Origin: Yuukianura sp. NJ FZ-2021 | Taxonomy: Eukaryota | Assembly (NCBI GenBank): GCA_046563655.1 | Contig: CM102287.1 | Span: forward strand, 8,370,001-8,434,000 | DNA length: 64,000 nucleotides | Direction: 5' to 3' | Part shown: positions 27,378 through 39,900 of the stretch, piece after piece | Layout: the number at the start of each line of letters is the position of its first letter | Position numbering within the stretch: position 1 is the first letter of the stretch | Position numbers and translations under genes: made by a program | Notes under the pieces: generated by a model | What the model was told of the DNA's origin: nothing | The model's database searches: none | The model's input: the letters and a program-made list of their open reading frames with translations, nothing else

Positions 27378-28181
27378 ATGAGTTTTATGGCAATCGGGCC
27401 TTGTAAGCTTCAACTTGACAATTTTTCAAATGAACCAAAGCAAGATGGGGCTGTTTTATTCTCGCGAAGAAGTGGAATGGTCTTCGTCTCGTTCTGGGGC
27501 CTTGGGGGTAACTTGATATGAACCAAAGATTTTGATTTTAACTAGAATAGAATATACAATTGAATTGTAAAAGTTCAAAGAATTACTGTCTAAAATTTGG
27601 ATGTATTGTGATAAACGTTTACTTAACCTTTTTTAGACTGGTACGACAGAGGTAAACTTTACGAAGTAGTTCTTACACGATCGGATTTGTCAAAAGTAAT
27701 AAATGATGTCGGAAGAAATCGGATTCTGGAGGTCGTGGAGGGCGGAAATGTAACCGTTCGGTTCATGTTCCAGGATCCGGGAAGTAAGTGACTTTTAAAA
27801 GAAATTGAAATTAAAATGAAATTAAAATTCTAATGTAGCTGTTCGTTTTTTAAAAATTCTTTTGTGATTCTAACTTTTCAACATTCGGCTCATTCTCACT
27901 CTAACATTCCACATTGAAATTTCCTCTGCCTCAGTCCACACCGAAATATGTGAAGTATTGGTCACTTGGATAAACTCGGGATATATGCCGCCGATAGTAA
28001 GCTTGGTTATTTTCTATTTTGTTTTGGAAATGTCGGCTGAATTTTTTTCGCGCATTACTTTAACGCGCGGAAAGTGTCGTTTTTAATTGGCAGAACGTTT
28101 ATTAAAGCGCGAAAATGTAAAATAATTTTGCTACCTATCTCCCTCCATAGTTTCCAGGTTTTTTTTGTTCTCGGGACGTAA
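27378..28181 (+). CDS. Small uncharacterised protein, copy 1 (~115-120 aa; possible PH-like/Pru fold)
   Basis: Exons 27378-27507, 27637-27783 (147 nt) and 27935-27996 (62 nt) join in frame through GT-AG introns: MSFMAIGPCKLQLDNFSNEPKQDGAVLFSRRSGMVFVSFWGLGDWYDRGKLYEVVLTRSDLSKVINDVGRNRILEVVEGGNVTVRFMFQDPGIHTEICEVLVTWINSGYMPPI. The last exon is uncertain (28094-28105 or 28158-28181). AATAAA at 28253. Confidence 0.75.
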
Positions 28182-28300
28182 GATGCATTTGACGGAACAG
28201 CAAAACTGAAATGTATTTTACAGACATCTACTTCAATTATTGTGAACTAATTAATAAAGTATTCAGAATTGGCCTCGACATACCAATTTATTTCAGTTCG

Positions 28301-28416
28301 GACAAATTTTATGACGGAAATTTTGAATTTTGTTTGAATCAATCCGCCTTTGGTTTCGTTACAGAGAGGTTAAGTTGTTCAATGTTCAGTGTATCAGGGA
28401 TGCGTCCACTAGTGTT
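28301..28416 (-). pseudogene. Duplicated fragment of the GPR158-like gene's last codons and 3'UTR
   Basis: Aligns by eye to 29917-30023 (e.g. aatcaatccgcctttggtttcgttacagagaggttaagtt vs gatcaatccacctttgatctcgctacagagaggtcaagtt; tcagggatgcgtccactagtgtt vs tcagggatgggtccactagtgtt). A 7-nt insertion breaks the frame. Confidence 0.8.
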
Positions 28417-28996
28417 CTTCCTTTGTACTACTACTTAATACTTTCAGTCAAATCCAACCAAGAATTTCGAAGGTTAAATTTTGTAGCCGAGGATTTTAGT
28501 ATTTTTGGAAAACGTGCAGTTTGACTAGTTTAAGGAGGTTTAAGGACAGCTCAATTCAGACAAGCGTCTTTCTAAGGCCTAACTACGGCAAGATGCTGTG
28601 AATTGCAATGCAACTATAAATAAATTAAGTTGTACTGGATATGGTACTCCTGCGGATCCCGTGTAACAGAAATCAACCCCCGACCTTGAGAATTTGCGTT
28701 TACGGTTTCCAGTTTCTTCCAGAAGTTGATGATAAATTGTTGGGTGGACAGAGGGGAAAAGATCGCTGGTTTGAGGCCGTTCCGTAACCCTGGAGAAACT
28801 GCAACAATCCCGATATCCTCCTGCCCCACCCAACAATAACAAGAAAACTGCTGCCATTTTGAGCCTGTCAGAGTTTACGGCGTGGTTACATCACTTGTGT
28901 TTTGAGTTCATCTTTAGCTGTTCGCGACTGTGATCATTTAATTGCTTATAAATCCAGCAAGTTCTCTACAAGATTTGTGATTTTGCCTTTTGAAAA

Positions 28997-29769
28997 ATGG
29001 GTTGTTTCGTAAGGTGCATGTTCGAAATTGAACCACTTGAGAAGTCTACCCCGGAAAAAGATGGATTTCTTACAATTCATGGAAATCAAGACATCATCCA
29101 AAACCGAAATTTTAGATGTGTCACAATGGTGCTGTTCGACACCATTGCCAACGAACTTGGGAGAGGTAAAACAGTCCATTTCATTAGGATATCCTCCTAG
29201 GATTGGTTTAAAAATTTTCATTTTTTCGTGAGATGTCGTACGTTTGTGAAAACTACTTCTAAAAACCTAACCAAACATAAAAACTTGAACTTAATTAACT
29301 TAATTTTTGCTTCTAGATATCGAACCACGGGTCAAAGTGAGTCGCTGCCTCTTTACTCCTGAGGACAACGCCAAAGTGGTTAAGCACCACATCGATCGTC
29401 GAATTCTTGAGGTTGTCAATAATGGAAAAACTGATTTCGCGATTGCGTTTCACGATCAACAAAGTGAGAACTACAACTTATAAAATATTTTTAGCATCGT
29501 GATTCGTGAATCGAATCTTAGTTTTGTTGTCCTCTTTTTTCCTTTTTTGTTGCATGTTTGTATGTACCTATGCGAACTTGGTTCAGGCTATGACGAAGTA
29601 CTGACGAAATTGAACGATTTAATCAGGTCGGGCCACATGCCCCCTTTGGTAAGTTTAGCTTTGATTTTGTTTTCAATCTCGCTAGAAAATTATTGAATCG
29701 CTTGGGGTTTTGTAAGTAGTAGGTTGAAAGTTTTTGTAATATTTGACAAACCTTGTGCAGGTGAACTGA
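28997..29769 (+). CDS. Small uncharacterised protein, copy 2 (~128 aa; paralog of the gene at 27378)
   Basis: Exons 28997-29165, 29317-29463 (147 nt), 29587-29648 (62 nt) and probably 29761-29769: MGCFVRCMFEIEPLEKSTPEKDGFLTIHG...ELGRDIEPRVKVSRCLFTPEDNAKVVKHHIDRRILEVVNNGKTDFAIAFHDQQSYDEVLTKLNDLIRSGHMPPLVN. Internal exon lengths and phases match copy 1. AATAAA at 29856. Confidence 0.78.
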
Positions 29770-29972
29770 ACGTCGGAGTTGGAACGTTGGCGTCTGCGTC
29801 ACCTCAAACGAAACAAGTCTAGTTCTCCAGAATTTATTGAGTTTGTGAAACTCAGAATAAAATTGTGTACGGCACAAAGAACTGTGGAAATATATCCGAA
29901 TTTATTTTTGTCTGTCGACATTTTATGGCGGAAATTGTTAATTTTGCTTGGATCAATCCACCTTTGATCTCG

Positions 29973-32900
29973 CTACAGAGAGGTCAAGTTGTCCAGTTTA
30001 TCAGGGATGGGTCCACTAGTGTTGGAAATGTGTCTGTTGTTTTTCGTCATGGCGTAGGACTTGAGTTTTTCCATTTGATATGCCATTTTCTGCAATTCTT
30101 CCTTCAACTGCTCATTTTCCTCTCCGAGGTCAAGGATGTCTCCACCAAAACCATTGGCGGAATTGGCGATTTCCTTCATTGTGGGATAGTCGCCACGGTA
30201 AGCTCTATAAACCTAAGAACGTAACCGCGGAATTTAGCAGTTAGAAAAAACTGAAGGAATTACATTTTGGGATATCTTTGAAAAGTATTTTGGAATTCAA
30301 GTATTTCCTCACTTTGCTTCCAAGAACAAGCGCAATCGTAATCGTCGTACTCAATTGAACTCTTACGAAAGCTAACAGGTACTTCATGTCAGGACCGGCT
30401 TTTGGCATTACTATCAAACTAGTTCAAAAAATAAACAAAATTAATACAATTTGCAATCTGAAACGGTTTCAAATTCTATTTTTTGAAGAACATTTCGTAC
30501 TGAAGCGTGACCATGATGACGTTGACTAGAGCGATATTGTAGATGGAGTAAGAAATGAACTGAGCGTCATGGTTCTCTCGAATTCGCCAACAAATGAAAA
30601 CTCCATAAGCCAAAAAAATGATTTCTCCAACCGACAGAACATGATCCCACCTACAGAGGTCAACAGAACAGAAATTTGACCTTTGACCTTTTAGCAATTC
30701 TCTGAAGTTATACCAGTTGTAGATGCACTGATGGAGTCTTTTTCCATCATGTGTTTTGAGAACTTCAAAGTTGATGGGAGCAGATATGGTCCATGCCATT
30801 AGGTACAGAAGCATAATCACCATGATCGGACTCATCCAATGAAGTAAGTGCTTTTCCGTAAGTTTGATTTTGTGAGCCGATTTGACCCGAAAGGTCAAAT
30901 ATACCCTGAAAATTCCAAAGCTCAACTTATATCGCGCAAAAACTTGGATTTGTAATGTCAGAGGTCAAACCTGCAGAGTTTCATGTATAGAGCGGTGTAT
31001 GTGATACAAAATCCAAGATGTCTTGTCCATTTTACGGCTATGCATATCTCACGACTCAGCGTCGGAAACAACACTACCATCTTTCAAAAACATTTTCAAA
31101 ATTGTGATTTTTCTTTTTGAAAAACGTGTTTATTTTTTAAAAATTGAGTTTTTCAATTGTTTACCTCCAGGTACATCACGAAGCATCCAAACAAACAAAT
31201 GCAGAGAAAAATTGGCGAAGATGCCGAAAATATTTGATGTTTGCGGTAGCTGTACACTCCAAAAATTAGGCCTAATGCAGCCATACTGCACAGTACCGAG
31301 ATACATAGTAGAGTCATTCTAAAAATTTGGTACAACATGTTCAAATTCTCAAAAATTTTGATCAAAAAAAAAATTTGTGTTTGAATTTTGAATGTTTACC
31401 TAAAAATATAATTGGCCTGTGCCATACAGGAGCTTCCATCTAAACAGTCTGGACATCCCTCTGGACACGCATGGCAAGAAGCGATTTTTTCAGAAATACT
31501 TTCTTCAGTTTCGTTTCTTCCAAATTTTTCAGCACATGATTTCGCTAAAACAAGTTATGTTATGTTAAACAAGTTAAGGTAGTTTACATTTATCACATAT
31601 AGTATATATTATATTTATATATTTATACTCATACTTTCCAAGTAGAATCCAGGAATAGTGTTGTTCCACTTTGTGTAGAAAGCATGATGTAAGCTCTTAC
31701 AAACACACTCATAGTTTCCCTTCAACCATCCGATTGGCTCCGCCTCTTTGTCCAGGAAGCGACACTTTGCAAATCAATTCACTCAAATTAACTAAATCTT
31801 AAGTTTCACATTTGATTTAACATTAATTTTAGGCTAGGTTAACTTTACCTTTGTTGTTTCCGGGTCACATTTGTGTGTTCCATGAAAATGTGACATTGGA
31901 CGATGCTTCTCTACTGCTGCTTTGTCTGTCGCTTCAGCTTCGCATTGGTTGATTTTGAACGGAGTCAGGTCAACGTCAAAACTCAGCAAACCGCTTGATC
32001 TGAAATTTTTAATTTATCGCTATTGATTTGAAAAATTTTGGTGAAGAATACATTTCTTTAAATCTAGTTCTGATTTATTACGTTTCTGTTCGAAATGCTG
32101 TTGTGTATGAAATAAGCCATTTTCTGGGTGAACCATGCCCAGAGTCATTGACTTCTGCGCACTTGAAGTACGGCCATGTCCAGAATCCAACTACGTTAGG
32201 ATTGAATAACCTTGTGGACTTGGGTTCAACGTTATGCACTGTATCGAACTTTTGCGTGTCGATGTTTCGCGGTTGTTTCAAAATGGCTTGAGGATTAAAA
32301 TACCACGGATTGGTCAATAATTGACGTTCGTTCTTCTCCACCGTCCGAAGTGTGAGAGGATTGTCCAGCGCTTTGTCGTAAACAGAAAATCTGGAAATGC
32401 CTGGAATTGGCCTGACGTAACGCAGTCCGTTTACGGTCGGTTCCTCACCGAGCAGCTCAAGTCCATTTTGAACTTCAAGTTGTGCAGCTATAAAGTATTT
32501 CAAATAAAGCTTAAAAGTTTGGTCACTTAGAAAAAAGTACTGATTCTAGCGACTTACTGTCTCTGGTGACCACTATTTTTGGAATGTAAGAAATGATGAG
32601 ATCTGCTTTCTCTTTGGGCAATTTGAAGTCAAAGATGGAAATGTTAATACCCGGAAAAACAATGTATTGTGGCTTTTCTGGACTGCAGATTCCCAGAGGA
32701 CCAGTCGACAGTTCTTGAATTGTATTCAAATAGTAGTGAACGAGATCCTCCTACAAATTGAAACAAATTAAAAGGCTAAGTTACATGGATTCACTTTGTT
32801 CAGAAATTAAAATAATTCAGGAATTCGTGGTTTAAAATTCACTTGTGCAAAAACTTTTCTTTCATCGGTTGGATCACATTATGAAGCAGTCACTTCTCGT

Positions 32901-33942
32901 AATTGAGTGCAAAAAAATTGCAAAAAAAAAAATTCCAAAAATTGAAAGAAAGTTTTAATTTATAAAATTTATTTTGGTATGTAACCACGCCACACAAATA
33001 TTTTCCAAAAATAATTTTGGTTCTTCTCATTTAAACATCAAAGGAAAATTTAATTAATTTTTTTCTGGCTTTGAGCTGCAGCAAGCAGAAATTTACACTT
33101 TGAGCTTATTTTTTATTTAATTTTAAGTTTCTTTTTCAATTTTGTTGAAGTAATTTAATTAATTGGTTTAATTTATGCTGGTGTAATTAATTAAGTTACG
33201 TTATAAGACCTTGCACATTCGGCTTAAACGAGATTCCCGTCTCGTGAGAATTTGTAAATCGGCTTTTCAAGTTTCAGTTTGCGAGAAATTAATTACTGAA
33301 ATTGAGAATTTTGGAAAACTCGTCTTTGTTCTATGAATTATAAAGAGGATAAAAATTTGTGAAAGAAGAGATTTTAATGGAACCGACTAAATTTTAATTT
33401 CCGTCGACCAAAATTTCAAGTTAATAAAAAAAAATGTTCACTCTAGGAAACAAAGTTTCTGAAAATCCGACATGGAACATTTATCGACTAAACAACAATG
33501 AATGGAACGTACAAATTGAAATGCCAATAAAATTGAAAATTTCGGTTTCAATTGTGGCATAACGTGTAAAGCGTCACAGAGGGAGTAACTATTCTTAGAA
33601 CCGCGTTTTCTGTGACACTGACTTGTCAAGTTAATACGATGACGCTCTTGTTGGTGACATAGTTGACAACACCAAAATTGGCGCCAAGAGTTGACACGAC
33701 AAAATACGTAACCTAGCACTTTTTAAAAAGTGTGAGTTATTGAATTGTACATGACTTACTGGAGAAATAACTGGAGCTACATCGGGGTTGGGGTCACACT
33801 TGACCGAGTTCATGTCATCTTGGGATTCTTCAAGCTCTTTTTCAATTTGAGCTGTGGTTCCAGAAGTTCCTGGAAGAAATCTCCAGGACGACACGATTAC
33901 CAGGACTAGTAAACTTCTATTCCAAATGGGAAAACACTTCAT
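29973..33942 (-). CDS. GPR158: GPR158/GPR179-like orphan class C GPCR
   Basis: Signal-peptide exon 33942-33760 splices to 32750 (EDLVHYYL). Then Cache-like [39 protein letters not shown] and [17 protein letters not shown]. 7TM region with [49 protein letters not shown] and FISYSIYNI. Coiled-coil tail [13 protein letters not shown]...NNRHI. The splice phases checked are consistent. Confidence 0.88.
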
Positions 33943-36900
33943 TTCAAAAGCTTCACTTTCACTGCCTCTCTCCTCGTCAGATCCAGATTTTCCCTGTTCA
34001 TTCCTCCGGTCTGGAAATCACAAAAAGGACTTTACGTTAGCTTAGGCATGCCTATGTTAAATTCCTGTAGGCAGCGTCAGTACTAAAACAAATTGCTGGA
34101 AGGCAGTCAACCGTCATTTACCACCGTGCGCTTTTCCTCTACAGAGGAAACGCCCATTTCACCACTCTGCGGCTTCCCATTTCCTCGAGTGAAATTTCCT
34201 GTTTTTTCGTCATTTTGTTTTCAATGAATGAATTTTTATGGAAATTTTTTGAAATTAAAGAAAACCTTTGGCAAATGGCAATGACTTTAATAAAAGTGTT
34301 CTAGGCTTTTTCTCACTAGCTATTTACTATTCCCCTAGACTGCATGAAATAGGAAATTTACAGTACTAAAACTCAATGGGAGTAGAGCGACATTGCTTAC
34401 GATTGTTAGGCTAACTTGTTAGGCTAATTGCATGAAGAAATTGAAATTAGGTTAGGCTGTTAGGTTTAGGAAACGGTTAGGCTACTTTATAAACTATGAA
34501 ACGCTTTAGGAATGACACTGATGAGTGACATCTACTTGACCTGGTTGTTTATTTAGACCTGCTAGTCTTTGTTAAGAAAGCCGTCAGATCCATCTTGTCA
34601 GACCAGTCTTTTCCAGAAGTTCCACTTGAGAGAAAGTGTTAAATGACTTAATTGGTTGAAATAATTAAGCTTAATTTATCACCTTAGAAGACAATGAACA
34701 GGCAATTTAAAAGCAACTTCGTCCTAAGACACCTTAATTTCCTAGAAGTGCTGGAGAAAGCGGGCTTACTTTCAGGATTTGACACATGAGCTGTAGTTAC
34801 TAATTTTCAAAACCTTTAAATTCTTAAACATCCTTTCACCTCTAATTTCCAATTTATTTTCTTTCTGTTTAATTTTGATACTTCCATCACATGATAACTA
34901 CGGTAAAGCTTGTGCAATATCTATCGGAAATGATCTGTTAATAAATTATTCACAGTTCATGCCAGCTCCTTTGAGCGTAGAAGAACGAAATCCTTTGGCT
35001 TCCTTTACTTTCTTTTAAATGAGAAATCTGAATAAAAGTCATACTTTCTTAGCACGTTCAAATAATTTTTTGGTCCACAAATCTTTTTTTTATCTCCAGC
35101 TTAGCACCATAATTTCGGATCGATTACGAACAGATTTGTGAAAATGGTTTTTGGTTTTTCCGTTTTTGCCAATTGGATTGAAGCCAAAATAGAAAGCAAA
35201 AAATTTTTGGAGTTGAATTGAACAATAGACGGAAATAGAAAAGAAGAAGTCCCCTGGTAGGTCGTTAGAAGTGAAAGGACAGAATGAGGTCAAGAGTACC
35301 CAAATTGAACCAATTTCTGGTTCCGGATTATGACGCTAAGCGTGCTGCCAAAAATAAGACGAAGCTCCAAAAGCCCGTATTGAATTCCATTTTCTATTGA
35401 ACATCCCACCTCCATGGTTCATTACGTGATAGGTTACGTAATCTGGGTTTGCATTGTAATACTAATAGGTAATCGTATAGGTACGTAATTTTCTTTAGGT
35501 TATTTTTTGAACAAATAAAAATGAAATACTAATAAGGTTTCGGTTCTAGTTTCTAAAAGTAACAAGGCTCCTTTTTTATTTTTGTCTCTGAACAAAGTTC
35601 AGTTCATGTTGGATGAAACACAATTTGGTTATTATGACTGCGTATTATGGGTTTCGTTCCATAAAATATTCCAAGTTTTATCATTATGGAAATTGCACTT
35701 TTCCATCAAAGTTTGTTACAAAAAGGAAAGTGAAAAGTTTGCAAACATTACTTTGGCATAAGAATTTGCGAAACGCGGTTTTCATCATTTTTTTCAAGTA
35801 TTACTTCCAAAGCATTTCTCCGGCTATTTTCACTATAGTTTAGAACTAAAAAGGCTTAAAAACTATTTTCTTCCTCATGTACAGTAGCAGAGTGCTAAAA
35901 ATTTTTTCTATAGTGCAAAAAAGAAAACAAAACGCTCATTGCCTATTAAACTTCAAAATTTTCTGCCCTAACAGCTTGCCATGCCGCTTTCTTGTGACTT
36001 TCCTTGCCAAAAATCCAACACCACAACAGTTGGAAATGATAATTGGAGAAAAGACCTCGCTACCCGCTTCTCGCTCTTATTTACTTTCACCTTCTTACTA
36101 TGTTTACCGAAAGTACAAAGCACCCCAAATTGGACATGCGGGACTTAAAAAGTTAGTGTTCGGTTAGTTTGAAGTTATACGAAGTCAGAATATGTAAACC
36201 TAAGTTATGCTATACGGTTGTTTCTAGCCTAACGTTAAGCTAGGAAAATGGGTTTTTAGTTTAAGCTTGTTAAAAAAATGTTGGTTGCAGAAAATTTGGA
36301 ATACTGGAGAGGGATTTTCATTTTTCCAGGCTCAATACTTGGATAAGTTCTTCTAACTCTGAGACGTTGAAGTCCAATTTGTACTTAGAGGTCAAAAGTC
36401 ACGAGCTCGAAAGTTTCAATTACTTAGTAAAATACGCTAGCATCTTCGATTCGCAGTTTACAGAAGGAATTTAATTTTCCCAAACTGCTTTTCGGAGAAA
36501 TGGAACAGCCGAATTTATAATATGAAATTTCGTCTTAAGATTGGAAGAGAAGATTCTCCTAACTTCGATCCCATCTCTATAGAATCCGAAACAAGAATTC
36601 TAAAGCTCAGTGTCAGAATTTCTGAAGTTCTAGGACCTAACAATGCTATTCCAAGAACGAACTTATCCTAGATAGTTTTCTACTCCAACTAGACGGAGAC
36701 TGATTGATCACTTTCTAAGGAACGACGATGTCACATCGAAAGGAGAAATACGAATTTGACGACTCCAGAAACCCATTCTACCAGAATTTGAAGGAGATCC
36801 ATTCATTCTGCCTCCGGGAACCTTGTGTCTTCCCATCTAACCCAAAGCCTGACTTTTCAATAAGTTCTTAGCATTATGAATCATTCCAGTCACAACTCCT

Positions 36901-39900
36901 TCCAACTCGTGCCTAAATAAGCAACTGGAATTATGATTTCAAGAAAATTTGGAAATAGAAGTCAAGAGCAGAATTCTTTTTTAGAAAAAAAAAGCTATTT
37001 TCTGCAAGGATTTCTGGAGAAAGGTGACGACTTTCTCCAAAAATTTTGAATTCAGAAGTCAAAGTAGCATGGATCTCTTTATAACGAGATGAAGCCAAAC
37101 TCTCGGAATCAAAAATTGAAGAAACATGTTCTTGAGAAAAGTTTGAGGAATTGATTAAATCTTAACTTGTAACTTTCTTTTGTGTGAAAGGGATAAGACC
37201 TTATTGATGAAAAGCGAACTTCAAAAAAAGAAAGTAATCCTTGACAAAGTCTCTTAAAAAGTTCTTATTTCAGATGAATTGACAGAAAATAATTCCTTTG
37301 AGATTCTACTCTCTCGAGTCTCAACTTCCTAAGAGCCTAGAATAGCTTAAACCTAAAGCAGAAAAGAAATCTAATGCAAAGAAACAAAACGAAAGTCTTT
37401 GAAAGCTGATCTAGTGTTTGTTCATGTGCTCAAGTCAAAGTAAAACAGTAACACTTAAATAACAAAAGCTAACAAACTTACTAAAAACGCTTACACTAAA
37501 AGTTACACTACTTTGCACAAAAGTTAGATCGGGTGACTTATTGCAACATACAGTGAAAGTAATAACCAAATGACACAGTTAATTCCAACCACATTACTTT
37601 CACTTATTCGCGAGTTGCTAAAAACCGAAAAACTAATATTACATTCCAACTTTCACTTTTTCGTCCAAATTCCTCTGGATTCCGCATTCATTGGTTTACG
37701 TTAAGCTAGCTTATGGTTGAGTAAATTTAGGATTAGGGGAGGCATGCTGTTGTTTGTATTAGTTCTTCAATTTGCTACATTAGTTATTGCCTTGTGGCAA
37801 ATTTTCTGCTTCGTGAAAAACTTTGTCAAAAAACTTTCGTCAAAAACAGGGACAAAAAACGAAAGTTTTAGTAGTACTACTTTGGGATTTATTTGTTTCT
37901 CTTAAAGAGAAAGTAAATCATGTGGAGTGGTACTAGGTTTTAAACATTTTTCCAAATTGAAAAAAAAAGTAATGAAGATAAAATCCTTGTTCGAAATTAA
38001 GCGCTCTGATTTACGCTTGACAGACTGCGGAAAAAATCCAATTCAATTCACTGCTTCACTGCTCAATACCAAGCTTTCACTGATTCGAAAATTTCAAGAG
38101 TCGACTTCATGAATTGCGAAACTTTTTCTTCTGTCAGTGGGATTACAAAGAAAAACTTTCTCTTTCATGCTACTACTTAACTAACATCCAAGGTCCACTG
38201 GTTCTAGAAAACGTATCTAAAAAGCTAAAAACTTTGCCGTACTTAAAATAACTACTTAGAAAATGAATGTTCTGCTACATTTCCATCCATTCCCTCCAGA
38301 AATCAACACCTTTGATTTCCTAAATTCTTATTTTCACCCGCATATTTTACTTTCAACATTCGTTCTAAAAAGGCCCTCCAACTTCCATTCTTGTCCTCAC
38401 TCGAGGAAACTTTCAAGTTGAACATCTCATCCCCACTTTCAACCAGCCACTTTAGATCAACTCAAACACTTTCACTTTCGCTTTTAGTCGAGAGTGGGTT
38501 TTACTTTTACCTAAAAGTTCCAAAATCTGTTCAAACTTCAGCTAGGTATGGCCAAAGTTCTCAGAAATTTCTTCCACACCAGAAATCTTCATCCGAATCA
38601 TTTCTTGGACGTTTTAGCCACAAATTTCAATTAGAAGTTTAGGCTAGAATTTTCCTGACTCTGTTTTTCTTAAGTAATATGGAGGTAACAAATCCTGCAT
38701 AGTTTGGCCAATTTCGAATTCCTGAAATTAGTTAACTTTTAATATGAAAATGAAAGACGACAAAAACAAAAGCAAACTTCACAACTTTTCTTGTTTTTAC
38801 ATGTTTTTAGTTTTCGAATGACACTGTCGCAATTTTTTTCACAGGTTTTACTTTCAAATTTACAAAATGTTTACTACTGCCATATTGTTATTACGCGGCA
38901 ACTTTTGAGTTTTGCACTCAAAAGTTTTACTTGTAGTCTTTTACAGTCTTCTGCTTTTTGACTCCTTTAATTGAATTTCTTTATGCTTTAGGCACTTTGT
39001 TTTCCGAGAACAGGAAGCGTACGGGAGACTGGCTGCTGATGAAAACGGAAGTTTTTTTTTCCAGAAGTAGTACAAAAGTTAATATTTTGGTTAAGTTAGA
39101 CTCAAAACTTTTAGAAACCATGGGAAAATTACGTTAGCTTGACTTGACGAGGGATAATATGCTTGAGTAAGAAAGAGAAACTAAGTTGCTTGCCCATTTT
39201 TCATCTCTGTGACACGACATGTCGTCAGCCTAAGTACCAAAATTGATGCTTTTACTTTTTAATCAAGACACTGAGCAAAAGGAAGCACGGGAGATCTTCC
39301 GTCTGTCCAGAGATAACTAGTCTCTAGGCAGCAGAAGGAAGGAAGTCAACTGAAACACTTCAGGGATATGCTCAGAGTGACGCAAGTCATTGGTCCAAAA
39401 ATGGCCAACCACGGAACATGAAGTTCATCTTTAGGAAAAACCCGCAAGCTTCTCACAGTTCATCCAACTGAGTGAACACGTTTTTCATATGGAAATTATC
39501 CACTAGAAGCCTCCGGAGAACTCATCTGCTTCACTTCCCACCGGAGCGTACTTACTTTCTTTTTAATTTTGCAAAACAAAAGAACAAAGGAGTACTTAAT
39601 TCAATTTTCCAAATTTAATACTAAAGTAAATCCAAATTTGAAAAAATATTCAATTTTAGCAAAGACAACCTCTTCTACAGGGTTGAAAATTGAAAATAAT
39701 TTTCAGTTTTGAAAATGAGCAATTTCTGAATGCTAAATAGCATTTGATGAAGTAGAATTTATATTGATCCAAAAAAAAACTGATCGTGTAAAGTGCAAAT
39801 TTAAGCAATTTTGTGATAACTTTGTCGAAAAACCTGTGGTCTTACTTGGTAAAGTGCAAACGACCGCCTGTAGTTGGAAAAATACGCTTTGGAAGAGTGG

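Noticed and set aside
28579..28857. Minus-strand ORFs that might form a chimeric gene ending in the duplicated GPCR tail
   Set aside because: The duplicated tail has a 7-nt insertion and an in-frame stop shortly upstream of its TAA. No in-phase splice path was found.
34406..34481. TTAGG-like runs as a possible telomere or fusion site
   Set aside because: Short, degenerate and scattered in both orientations; typical interstitial simple sequence.
36400..37330. Stretch with coding-like composition upstream of the GPCR
   Set aside because: No sustained open frame and no recognisable transposase or RT motif; cannot support a call.
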